The notes under the pieces are model-generated. The model was not told the origin of the DNA. It ran no database searches and worked only from the letters and a program-made list of their open reading frames with translations. From NCBI GenBank assembly GCA_907165135.1, contig OU015569.1, positions 12,648,001 through 12,712,000 on the forward strand: 64,000 nucleotides of DNA, given 5' to 3'. This DNA comes from Oikopleura dioica (taxonomy: Eukaryota > Animalia > Chordata). This document shows positions 12,813-25,319 of this stretch, in pieces (the first letter of the stretch is position 1; every line of letters starts with the position of its first letter). The position numbers were made by a program, and so were the translations under genes.

Positions 12813-15688
12813 TGATCGAACACTTCCTTTATCGAACAGCAACGAAACTTAGGAAAAAACGAACTCACTTCCAAAATATTTACTCCCTTCTTTCTGCCTA
12901 TTTATTCAAAATGCATATTTATTCGAAATAAAAGCTGAATTTGATTCGCCCGCGTTTTCGGCCGCTTCAAGTGGAAGAGCAGAAATGCATGAATAACTAT
13001 CGCTCATTATCATAAGCACCCTCTTTTCGAAATTTAGGCCTTCTTTCCAAGTTTGCTTCTATTAGGTCAACCAGTTTTGAAACCCCTCGTTTTCAGAACA
13101 ATCAAGGCCACCAACGCAGTTATTACTAATGTCTGGGCTACGCAACCTCTGTAGAAAGCCTGAGTCAGATATTTGACAAAGCTTCAATGAAGCCGCGCAG
13201 CGGCTTTTCTAAAAACGAAGCCGCAAAGCGGCTTCGCCAGAATTACCATCTATTTTGAAGATTTAGGTTATTCAGACGAAGTTCAGAAAATTGGAAGTGG
13301 TTTTTTGGATAACCAATAAAATTGCTGTATTTGGCCTATCGGCCAATTGAAACCCAGATCCCGAAAAATCACTTCCTTTTAAGTCTGCCCGAAAAATCAA
13401 GTTCTGTCAAGTGGGTCACGTTTTGACAGTGGGCTTTTTTTCGGCTCGAAATTTAGACTTGCCAGGCCCTTAGTTAGCGGCAGACAGAAAGAACTGTAGA
13501 AATAGCGGTTCTTCAGTAATGATGATTGAGAATTAATGCTGCAAGTGAAGCTGTCATTTTTATTTTGAATTACAATACTAATTTGGGGTCAGCGATTTCG
13601 ACGGAGGCGCATTTCGCGCGAATCTGATTTCGGGGAGCTAAGAAAACCAAAACAATTTCGATGATGAGAGGAATGGCATTCTTCGTTGAGTCACTGGAAC
13701 TCGCACAGAAGAAAACAATCCCTTTCAAACAGTCATCAGAAAATAACTTTCTTGAGCGTCTTTTTTTTTGACGTTCGGAATTGCGCGAAAATGCTCCATT
13801 CTAAATGCCCAGAATTCGAACTAGTCATTCGCTGCCAGCCCGCTTACGTTCTTTTTAGCGACTCTTGAATTCTTTCAATTTTTCTTTTTTTTTAGTAGAA
13901 ATAAAGAACGAGAATGATTGACGCTGTGCTCGGCAAGCTCTGTTGAAAACCTGCGTCAGGGTTTGAAAGATCTCCAAGAAAAAGCCGCCTTGCTGCTTTT
14001 TTTTAATGAAGCCGCAGAGCGGCTTCGCCTGAACTTGAAAAGAAATTGAAAAGGAAATTTTGCGGCTTCGTTTTTAAATAAGCCGCTACGCTGGTTTGCC
14101 GAGCTCAGGATTGAAATCATCGACTTCAAAAGTGATGGTAGATCTTGGTGAAACGGGCAAATTTGAGTGTTGTGAAACAGCATGAAAATGGGGTCAATAA
14201 AACGACTTGACGGGCCAAACACTCAAATTATTTTATTTGAGCTGGGCAACTTTGTTGTCCTCGATTTTTGGAAATAAGATGGCATCGCACGCACCGATAA
14301 TGTGCGAAAAATTATAAAATGACTTAACTGCTGATTAGTTTTGTATTGCCAACTCCAGATTTTCCGAAATAAAGAGTTAATGAATAATAAGTTATTATTA
14401 ATAACATAGATAAGCAGCCAACTTGCAAGGTGAATATTTAGCTGTGCTGTTTATTTCCGTCTTCTGGTAAGAAACATTCCGGAATTTCATTTTGACGGAA
14501 ACAAGGTCAAGTTTGGAATAAGTCTCCTCGATATGCAAGTTGCGTTACGCCCTGCTTTTCCATAATTTATCTTTTGAGCTCTCTGGTTTAAATTTTCGAA
14601 TTAAGATTCAGCATAATTGTCAAATAGAAAGGAAAAACTGAAATCTTCAAAAAATATTTGATCGATCAAATAATCCGCCAAAGACTTTTGTTATTTTTTT
14701 ATTGAGGCAGGGCAAATTAGCTGACCAAATTGGCAGCCTCGTTTTGAGCATATAAAAAGAAGTATCGCGGGGGTTCGGAGAAGAAATGAAAAATGAAATC
14801 GAAAAATTTAAGCTCAGGTGCTTCAATGTCATTATGAATTCAATGAAAATTCATATGCTAGAGAAATCAACGAAAAATATAAAATGAAAGTCAAAAATAT
14901 AAGCCCAGTTTACGTATGTTCTCCACTTCAAGCAATGGTTCTCAATAAAAATGATAAAATGAAATCCACAGTCGTTGTTCTTCGCCCAGTTTACTTCATT
15001 TTCCCTGCAAAACCTTATTTTTAAAAATAAATGCTTTACCAAGGAAATAAAACTTTCAACTTTTTTTTTTCAAAAATTACGGTGTCTCTTTGTTAGCTTT
15101 TAAATTGTCAAGATTGGCAAAATCGCTTCCGCAAGTTTAGAAAATTCAGAAAATTCGAAAAAAGACGAATGGAACGGATTCCTTCTCTAATTCAGTCGGG
15201 CTGACCACATGATGCATTCGGGAAGAAGCGATTTACAAAGAGTTAACATGATCGTTATGCGTAAATGGCGGCTAAGGAGGGTTACGTGTAAAGGAGCGTC
15301 CCAGCGCTGCTCCAGCAGGGCGCCAATTTGGATCGCTGATAAAATCCGCGTATTTTATCAAGCTCCACTGTTCGACTCAACTTTCCAGAATCGCGCGCTC
15401 AGGAATCCCAAAATCGCCAAAATGACGGAATGAAGAATCATTCCCCCACATTACCGAATTCTCTCTTCAAAGTAGCAGGAGAAGTTACCTTATCGCCTTT
15501 TGCATAAGCTGCTTGAAAGAATTTTCGATTTATCAAAACCTGTTTTGTCGTTTCTCCTCCGTCTTGGCTTTGGATGTTTTTAAGGACCCCCCGTCAGCTT
15601 TTTTCAAAAATTCATATTTCGGAATTTAAAAATTTTGACCCGGGAAAAGGATTCTACGGGTAAAAAAACGATTTGGGGCTTTATTTTT

Positions 15689-15845
15689 GGGAGGTGCCTG
15701 TAATCGACAAAAAATTTCGACAAATTTTGCGTGGAAATTTTCAAGCAATCAGAAGCCTGGATTCGGCAAAGCGGCCAATCAGCAGCCGAGTAGCGGCTCA
15801 CGCAAAATTTGTCGAAATTTTTTTGTCGGTTCCAGACACCATCCC
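15689..15845. mobile_element. MULE-like MITE (family C)
   Basis: TIRs about GGGAGGTGYCTGKAAYCGACAAAAAATTTCGACAAATTTTGCGT; TSD TTATTTTT; other copies at 53194-53349 and 63134-63298. Confidence 0.85.
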
Positions 15846-16349
15846 TTATTTTTGGGGGTCTATCTCGACTCCTTCACCCCCAAAATCGCATTTGAAAATT
15901 GGACATTTTGCCGTAAATTGACAAATTTGCCCTAATTTTGCCAAAAATATTGAATTTTCTTGGTCAAAAATTCCTCTTACCAAGTTTATGAATAAAAGTA
16001 AAAATAATCTTTAAAAAAAATAAAAATACTAAATATTGCATAGTATGTTTACCTGAGTACAAAAAACACGGTCGACCCTCGAAGTCCTTTTCTAACTTTA
16101 AAATAAGTGCGAAAAATCATCTTTTCTCAGAGAAAAAAATTGTAAAAAGCAAAATAAAATCGATTCTCGTTCTTTTTCACTTTGCAGGAAAACTTTCTAG
16201 ATATAATTTTTAAAGACCATAACTCGTTTTTAATATAAGCCGAATATAAATTTTCTATTTTTCACTGATGGTTGGTAATCATTAATTAAGCTTTTCATTT
16301 AGTTTAAAAATTTGTTCTCGAATAAAGTACCCATATCATCTAATACAAA

Positions 16350-16540
16350 AAAAACACGACAATCGCTGCTCGCCCAAGATGCAGCACTGGTCATCGCGGC
16401 TCTTCCTTGTCCGTCTTCGCAGATGAGTGGACAGCCAGAGTCACCGTTGCAAGCAGAAACTCGGCCACTGTAACCAACACAGAGGGTCAAAGAATCTACC
16501 AGAAGAGAGTATTGGCCGCACTTTTTTTGAGCTCATAGAC
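16350..16540 (-). pseudogene. Trypsin-like (S1) serine protease C-terminal fragment
   Basis: TLCVGYSGRVSACNGDSGCPLICE...SAASW matches the GDSGGP region with a G>C change. No His/Asp exons found nearby, and a MITE remnant abuts it. Confidence 0.7.
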
Positions 16541-18544
16541 TATTTCGAAGGCGCAAGCCTTTGCTCGGCAACTTCGAGTCGATCCTGACTCAGGTTTTCT
16601 TCACAGGTTCCCGAATAAAGAGCCGAATTGCGAGCACAGAATGAAGTTCTTCTCGTGCAAATTTTGAATAATGACTTGGTTCTTAAAAATAGGGAGAAAT
16701 GTGCATTTACGGGATTTATTCGAAGCGATGAATTTTGCATGCCAAGTTTAGAATAACAGTTATTATTGTCATGTTCGAACGTCTTCCGAGCCTCATTCGA
16801 CATGACCAAATGACGTTGTGGCGATTCATAATTCGCGAAATGATGGAACATATCAATACTAATAACAACTCCAAACTTGACATATTTAATTCCTCAGTTT
16901 GTTTTGAGAAACATCGAAAGGCAAAATCCAACAATGAAAATACGGGGCCCTTTTTCGGGAACGGACGGTGCCGGTACCGATCCGGTTTTTGGTACCTTCT
17001 TTAGTAAAATTTAAGGGTGTCACTTTCTTAGAACGGTGAGTGACATGTCTACCAGACAAATCAGCTTGAACCCCAACCTTAATGATTTTGTTTCCAAAGA
17101 TAACAGAGTGACACCCTTATTTCCAGTCCTATCGAAGAAAATAAGAATACAGTTTAAAAACGGCTTTTGAATAAGTTCGCTAGAAAAGCTTTCCGAATTC
17201 GAAAGTTCGTAAATATTTGGCCCAGACGTGGCGATAAGTGTTTAACTCGCCGCTTTGTGATAATTATTTTCAAAGGTGTTTCAGTGGAAAAATTAAACAA
17301 ACATAGCGGAAAAATTGAGTCTCCTTTTTCTCGCCGCCAGGGTCACCTGTTTCAAGTGACGATTTCGCCCCTTTTCCGACCGCGAAAATCCAACAAGCAA
17401 AACGTTCCATCCAAAACACACACTTTTCTTCGCGGATTTATCGAAATTTATAAAACTGCGACTGACGCAGCGAAATTTCCAGTTCCATCTTCGCGGCTAA
17501 GCGCGCGCGCATGTTTACGCCAACTCGTGTTTTTTCACTCGAAATTCTTAATTTTCCGATTAGACTGTATTCCAAGCACGTTTTTATTTATTAGCGGTTC
17601 ACGCGAATCTTTATTTACTGTCTTTCAGCCAGTAACACATTATGTTATTAGCAAGCTGTTATTTATAATAACTTTGATATTTTTCAATTGTTGAAAGATA
17701 TCATCCTAATCGAAATTGAACAATTTAAGAATTAGGGGGTTCGTTTTGGCAACAATTTAAGATATGAAAATTAAATCAACTATTATAGGTGGGCCCTATA
17801 GTAGTTTTTAAGGGGAGGGGGGTTAGGAAAGCCTGAGTCAGGTTTTGAAAAAGCTCAAATGAAAAGCCGCGCAGCGGCTTTTACAAAAAAATAGTCGCAA
17901 AGTATCTAATAGATACTATACTTATAGATACTATACTAATAGATACTATCTAAAATTACAAAATTAAAATGACTATTCTGGAGAAGCCGCTTTGCGGGTT
18001 CGTTTTTGTAAAAGCCACTCTGCGGTTTTTCATTTAAGCTTTTTTAGGACCCTGACTCAGGTTTTCCACACAGGTTGCCGAGCTCAGATTCTCGATTTAA
18101 AATTTCGAAGTCCTTCTTTTTCTTTTCTTTTTGGTTTTGGTTTTTGTTGAGTTGGAGGGGCTCTTCTTGCTGGAGTGTTTTTGTTCCTGCAAAGAAGTGA
18201 GCTGTGAGTGAATCAAAGCGGAGGAGGAACTGGCGAAGACGACCCTTGAAGAAGAGAAGAGGAGCTCGTTCCTCGAAGCAGAAGAGACGAGCGAACGTGG
18301 ACGCGGTCGAACGCAATGTAAACTCGTTACTCGTTCTGAGCTGACTAATTCCGCTAATCCCAATCCCCTTTCTCGCGCCAGACCAGCCCTTGTCTATGCA
18401 TAATTCTAGCACATGTTGCATTGCAAATTTGCTTTTTACGAGCAATTTGATAACCAGATTCGAGTGTTGCAGCTTCTCGCTCTAGCTACTAGATTTCACG
18501 AATAATTTATGGCAGCGATTGGGTTTTTGAAAGAAGGTTAGGAA

Positions 18545-18660
18545 CAGGGCTCGGCAACCTGTGTTGAAAACCTGAGTCAGGTTTCGAAGTAGCGTAGCGG
18601 CTCTTTATTCAAGCTTTTCAAAGCCTGACTCAGGTTTTCTACACAGGTTGCCGAGCCCAG
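18545..18660. mobile_element. hAT MITE family A copy
   Basis: TIRs C(A/T)GGGCTCGGCAACCTGTG..AAAACCTGAGTCAGG; 8-bp TSD GTTAGGAA/GTTGGGAA. Confidence 0.9.
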
Positions 18661-20143
18661 GTTGGGAAATCACGAATAGTGTTTTTCAAGAATTTTTGGT
18701 GGTGACACCCTTATTGCATAGTATTCTGCAATTATTGCAATTTGTCCGCTATTCTCAAATCGAAATTTCTATTATTTTACTTTGCAAATTAGATGGCTGT
18801 GAAATGTAAAAAGCATCTGATTTACAGAATGCTGCATTTTCAAAGCTGGCATTTTCGAGAAGAATCTAAAACGATAATTCCTCGCAAATTCAAGTACGAC
18901 TGTTAGATATTTGAAAAATCAGCCAAAATCAGCTAGAATTTGAAGCTGAGCTCAACAACTTGCATGGTAAACCTGAGGCAGGGCTAGAAAGATCTTATGA
19001 CTTGATTTTTTAGAAAGTATAGAATTTCTATTCTAGCGCTGAAAAGAGTTAAAAAAAGTCTTGATTGGAATAACAGAGTACACCCTTAAAAATAGAAGCC
19101 TTCAAAATACATATTACATTGCGTAGCATTGTCTACTAGACATTTGAATTCAAGATGTTTTGGGTCACTTGGGACTCCTTTTCTAAATCATAAATTAGCT
19201 GTTTTTACATTTCAAGAAAGTCGGCCAGACAAATCGCGAAAAAGAGTAGATTCTTGTGATTCCTCGCAAATTCAAGTCGGCGAGTTCTATTTCAGTTATG
19301 AAACTGTCAATAATGTTAGAGAGCCTTGTCTGTTCGCCACTTTTATTCAACGAATCAGATGATGAAAATGGCTCCATGGTCCTTGTATAAAATGGGTTAA
19401 CTCACGTGTACGCCTGAGCTATACTCGTGCGGCAAGGAGTTAAACTTTCTAGAGATGGGAGATCAAGGCCAAGCTACCTGTGCAGAAAACCTGACTCAGG
19501 ATTTGAAAGGGCCCATAGCGGCTCTTTGTGCTTTCAAGTCCTGACTCAGGTTTTCTACGCAGGTTTGCGGAACCCATTCAATGATGCGCGAAAGGAAAGA
19601 ACTCTGGTAGCTTGAGTTGTACATTCTTTAGAATGTTCTAAGGCGGCGACTTCCTTAGTTGGCTGGCATTTTTGGCAGATCGCGCCAATTTCCAGAAAAG
19701 TGTCTTGGAGTGCTGAGCCATTCTTGCGGCATTGTTCGATTGGACGGGCTGATCTGGAATCGCAGAAAATACAACGGAATTGAGCCTGAGTAAGGCCGGA
19801 TAACACGGCCAGCCTAACGTGGTGGCGGGCCGCCGTCTCAACCCTGTTTTTAATCTTAATTACTTTCGAATTATTCGAATTCATTTCGCAACGTAGAACT
19901 CTGTAATTGGCCCAATACATGATGTTTAAAGTGAAATTGTGGACATTACTGTAACCTCTGTTGTTGCATCAAATAAAAAAAGGCTCTTTTTTGAAAGCTC
20001 TGACTCAACCCTGAATCAGGTTTTCTATCTACGTTCTCTGGTGTTTTCAAGGTGACACCCTTAATTTTTTTGGTCAATAGGAAGCTTCATTCGTCGTTTA
20101 CTTCCTTCTCGATTTGACTTCTGCTTTGACGAAAATTTCGAAT

Positions 20144-20335
20144 CTGGGCTCGGCAACCTGTGTAGAAAACCTGAGTCAGGTTCTAAAGAGTTAAAACGAA
20201 AAACTGCGAAGCGGCTTTTTTTTAAACAAAGCCTCGAAGCGGCTTCGCAATGTAACCATCTTTATCTATTGTTAAATTCATACGGCCTGACTGAAGAACC
20301 TGACTCAGGTCTTCTACACAGGTTGTCGAGCGTAG
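20144..20335. mobile_element. hAT MITE family A copy
   Basis: Both TIRs present; TSD TTTCGAAT/TTTCAAAT. Confidence 0.85.
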
Positions 20336-22286
20336 TTTCAAATTTCTAGCATAAATCCGTGCGAAGATAGCAGATTCACGTGAACGCTGGACAAATCAAT
20401 TGGCAACGTAGGACGGCAAACTTGAATGTCAAAACTGCGGCCGGATTTAGCCTAGAAATGCCACAGCGTCTATCTTCTCCTGGGTCACACCTGTCAACTT
20501 GCGATAACTTCCAAAGAAAACGCGCAGCCGATCGATCAAATTTTCAATTTGAACTTTGCGACTTTTCAGTTTTGAAAATTTCAAATTGAGGATTTGATTG
20601 GAGCAGCGTTCAACTGGCAGCGAGACGACTGTGGGTTCGGCTAATCTGCCAGTAAGAATGCCGCCGATAGAAAAGCGGAGAAACGTGATAAATACGGTTC
20701 TGTGGTTGTTGTTTGGGCGCGTAAGAGGGGTTCTCACCCACTTAATAATCACGATTTATGATCATCATGAGTCGGCGCACAGACGCTCAATTTATGAATT
20801 TATGAATGTGCCCGGTCGCAGCTGTGCTTGTTAATTTATCCAACTTAGATCGTCATAAAAAGGCGACTGTAAATAATCGATCGTCAAATTTTTTTTTCAA
20901 GCAAGAAACGAAGCAGAAATTTTACACAGGTTCCCGAGCCTAGCCATTAGCACATCCTACAAATTGCGGGCTACAATTCCTTAGCTTACTACTCATCTAC
21001 ATACAAGACTCAACGACCAGTACTCGGCAAAATGTGTAAGGAACCTGAGTCAGGGTCTGAGAGAGCTTCCTTGAAAATCCGCGTAGATTATCTTTTCAGA
21101 CCCTGACTCAGTTTTTTTCACATATTGCCGAGCCCAGTCGGACCAAGACTACCTTACTGATCATTTCCAAATACAAACGAAATAACGACCGTGAAAAATT
21201 GATTTTATTTAGGAACAATATCAGGAGCATCCACACTGGATGGTCTAAGTCAAGACTTTCCGCCGATCTCTTGTTCAATTTCTACTATTCTTCCCTTTTT
21301 TCGGAGACGAACGAGTCACTTTAGCAGTCGAGTTTGTCGACTGCAGGTTGAATGCGACTCTGTTTCCAGATTCAAATCAGTCTGGTCAGAGCTCTGAAGA
21401 AATTTTCAACAATCGCTGGTTTCTGAAGAATCTTACCTTTTTACGGGTGGCTTCGGACTGTCGAAGTTCGACGAACTGACTTTTGAGCTTCTTTAGGCCC
21501 GAGGTCAACAGAAGTTCTAGAGATTTGCGAAAGAGGCTGGTTGCATTACCTGAGTCAGGTTTTCCACACAGCACGGCGGAACTGGCAGGAACTGGCAGTT
21601 TTAGTTAAAAACAAAGAAAGATAGTGAATCCTGAGATTTGTATTCCGCCCGTGCCGAATTTTCAAATTTAATTCTTTTCAATTCGATTAAGCTTCAGAAG
21701 CTTCGAGCGCTGCTCTCATTCAAAAGTCGACATTTTCTTAAGATAACGCGAACTTTGCTCGGCAAACTGTGTAGAAAACCTTAGTCAGGCTTAATTTGCA
21801 TTTTCATTTTCAGTGAACGGAAAAAAGGAAGTTTTCTTTCGCTTATTTTCGGCTGATAAGACAATCTTGGATCAACAGCAACGGCAACTCTATATTTCAA
21901 GTGATAAAAATCGAAAAACAAGCATTTTTCTAGCGAAGCAATTTTCCAATTTTTTTGTTTAGAGGAACTGGCGCCGCTGTCTTTTGAAAGTCTCATTAAT
22001 ATTTTTTGATGAGAGATCGAGTCGTGTATTTTTAGAGCGAAAGAAATCTAATGAGCGCGGGCTAGCCGGCGCCTAAGCTGTTTTATGCAGGGTTCCAATT
22101 TTTCTCAAAAAATATTTGAGCGGAGCGAGCGGCTGAGCGGTCTACCAAAAAAAATTGTTGAGCTGAGCGAGCGGCTGAGCGGACGGCCGAAAAAAAAATT
22201 TGAGCGAGCGAGCGGACTTTGAGCGGAATTTTTTTAATGAAAAAAAAAATATTTTTTTGCGTTCTTTAATAATATTTCAAAAGAGT

Positions 22287-24819
22287 TTATTCTTCTAGTT
22301 TAATATTATTTTTCTGGCAGTACTGAAGAATGGCAGTTTTGAATATTTTTGCATCCTTGAACTGACGTAAGAGCAGAATCGTCTCGTTTTTCATTCGATT
22401 TCGACATGGATCCATCGTATCACGCGTTGTTTCAGAGAACTCTCTTTCAAGATCGCATGATGAGCCAGGTACATTTATAATCTTGAATCAAAGAAAAATT
22501 AGGGTTTGACTCAGTTTAAAACCTGGAGGGCGACTTTCGAAAGACGAGGAAATCGGATGCTCATCGATTTCCAGAACGCCGTCAATTTTTTGTGAATAAA
22601 ATGTGGCGATTTTTCTTCGATACGATCGGTGATTTCTTCCCATTCTTCTACGGCGATTTGACCTTCGTATCTTGAAAATTCTGCCTCAAGAGAATCATCA
22701 ACTTTTAACTTTGATGTTGAATTTGTAATGATTTTAAAATCATTATTTGGGTTCAGCTGCGGGGGTTGTTTTCGGGTTGATTCTGCCTTGTTTTTATCGG
22801 TTTGAGTATATTTTTCTAGTTCTTTGTCAATATACCAGATGAAATCTATAAGAAATGACTCAATGAATTAAGTACAAAAAAAAAACCTTTGGCTTTTTTC
22901 ATAAAAGAAGATGTCTTATCTTCGATTAATTTGATATTTCTTCCGTAGACTTGTTCGTCGGCCTGAAGGAGCGCATTCTGGAGATGACGAAACGAGCATG
23001 TGTATTTGCTTGGAGTGAGGTAGAGACATGCCAAATTTAAATCTGTGGCCCTCAGCGGCTCTTTACCATCGACCAACTTGTCGATCTGCTCGTAAAATGC
23101 ACCGAAAACCATCTTCATAAGCTTGATGAAGAGTCCAGAGCGTAGTTTCGAGTGAAATTGTTTTTGCCTAATCGATTTGAGCAATTGATGCTCTTCCATG
23201 GTTGAGTAGATGAGCATCTCTTCAAAAATCAATAGTTGATCGCAGACCTATAGTGAGTTAAGATTTTATACTCTTAAAGATTTACCTTCGAAGCAGGATC
23301 TTCGAGAGTTCTCACAAACTCCATAAGGTCTGTTGTTATTATCGATAAGCTGGTGACAAAGTCGAGATCTGGAAATGCAACTCGTCGTGGAATCAAGTAG
23401 GCGTGATCGTTGGTCGACGACGAAAGGTCCTGTAGTTTTGGCCCCCACGATACAAGAGTCTGCAAATTTTCTTGCTTCTTATTCCAGCGAATTCCGTTGT
23501 CGCGTCGTATTTGTGGATAGCCCTTCAGTAAAGATGACTTTTTCTTGATTTCTTCTTCTGTCATGTCCGTAGTGTTCGTTTTACGTTTGAACAACTCGAT
23601 CTTCTCTTCATCTGAAAGAGACTCTTTTGCAAAATAATTGTTGATCGAGGGGCAATCCTGTGGGCCGAGCTTCAGCTTCTTCTTTTCTTGGTACGTTAGT
23701 CCGTTGCGGCAATGAGAAATAAACTTGTCCACGTTGGTGGAGAGATCAGAATCTAGCCTAGCGTACAGGACGGCATTTTGTATCATTCCATCCATAGAAC
23801 GTACAGCGCTATGAGCCCCACAAATTGCTGCTTTTAGGGACACATATTCTGCCACACCTTTTTGCCCTCCATCTACAGTCACACCAATGAGTCGCTGATA
23901 CGTTTTAATTCCATATTCAGCAAGAGTTTCTTCAATTTCTGCAGCGCATGCGACGTCGGTCTTATCAGTTATTGGTGTATACTGGAGAAGATACTTGAAT
24001 CGCTGGTCTTTAGACGCGTCATAGAAGATGAGCAATGTACCAAAGGCAGAAGATTCTAAGTCACCAGTGGAAGTGCGGCCGGTATATTTGGTATCACATT
24101 CAAGCGTAACGCATCCCCGTTCGATCAGAATAGGGAGCACTTTGCTGAGAAAATCAAGCATTTCAACGTGGGACTTAAACAGCAGCGTTTTAACGTTATC
24201 ATAGGTGAGATCGAGCTGTTTTGCATCTTCTGGATGCCCACCACCGGCTGAGAAAGCGTCTCGGACAAGATTGTGGAAAGAATCACTAAATAATTTAGTG
24301 AATAGAAATATGATTAAACTATTACCTCTCCAAAAAACGAAAGGACACGTGTTGTTCAGAGCATAGGGAAACGGCAGAATTCTTGAATTTGTCTACCGCA
24401 GGCTTCAAAACTTTTCGACGCGGTTTGAAATAAGCGGCAGCTTGGTATCGTTCATTTTCTTCCCGTTCTACTTTCTTTTTGCGCGAACCTGCATCATCAG
24501 GGAGTGGAGCATGCCATCCGTTAATGTGTCTTTTGACTTAAAACAGACTTGAGTTAAATAGTTTTTTTTTCGTACCATTCGATATTTTGATCGAGTTCTG
24601 ACATCCACTCTCCTTGACACTAAAGGGATCGTTGTTATTCCGGCAAGGTCCAACGCATCTCAACCGAAATGTCCAATTGTTTTCGGAATCAAGTTCTTTT
24701 TCGAAAGAATCCGGGGCGTAGGGATGATCAACTTTGAACTCGACAAGCCAATCCGAAAATGTTTGGTTCTCGCATGGAATGAAACTTACGCCAAGCTTCC
24801 TTTTTTTAGGTCGACTCAT
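22287..24819 (-). CDS. hAT transposase, ~777 aa, 6 exons, apparently intact
   Basis: Exons 24576-24819, 24326-24536, 23286-24285, 22887-23247, 22523-22845 and 22287-22481 (2334 nt, all GT-AG). NLS PKKRK; BED-like C..C..KRHINGWH; catalytic region TLECD, VTVDGG, CGAH, RWN; C-terminal FWK..FPRLSKVALQIINVPGSSCDLEREFS. Confidence 0.93.
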
Positions 24820-24855
24820 TCTTAATTAATAAAAATCACAGACTTTAGGGCGATC

Positions 24856-25200
24856 TCATGGGAGCAAGGAGAAATTTTGGCAGACGATGCAGTAATACTG
24901 CTTGATTCGTGGATCGTTACTTGTCAGACTGGCTTCATGCAAAGCCCGCTTCTTCATGAGAACGGTCTGATGAAGTATTTCTCCTCGTGGGCTCAGTTCT
25001 TTCTGTTCCATTTCCCACCCTGGGTCATGCTCGATGTCCCAAACTTTCTTTGTGTAATCGAGCAGCTCATCGACAAGTCCATCGATTTCGCATATTCGTG
25101 TTTTGTCGGTTTTCCAGCGTTCCATGAGCTGAATCGACGTTTTAGCCATTTCTTGGTAAAACAGAAGAGTTTCTGTTTGTATTTCGATAGAGTCCGACAT
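24856..25200 (-). CDS. Transposon ORF-B, unknown 114-aa protein
   Basis: Intronless ORF inside the TIRs. TTTTTTCAG acceptor lies 4 nt before the ATG. C-terminal YCIVC. Stop is 36 nt from the transposase ATG. Confidence 0.75.
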   Translation of the reverse strand: MSDSIEIQTETLLFYQEMAKTSIQLMERWKTDKTRICEIDGLVDELLDYTKKVWDIEHDPGWEMEQKELSPRGEILHQTVLMKKRALHEASLTSNDPRIKQYYCIVCQNFSLLP

Positions 25201-25319
25201 TCAACTGAAAAAATAAAATGATCAAATTTGTAATAAATGTTTTTTTAGGAGAGGCATAAAAGGCATTTTATTCCAATGAACGAGTTTCGCAGTGTTATAG
25301 TCACTTAATTTGGCAGTTA

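Noticed and set aside
17167-18445. ORFs of 175, 133 and 88 aa
   Set aside because: Non-coding-like composition or MITE overlap; no gene model could be built.
19555-19920. ORF with two CxxC pairs
   Set aside because: Runs into a MITE and has no supporting exons; cannot be separated from chance.
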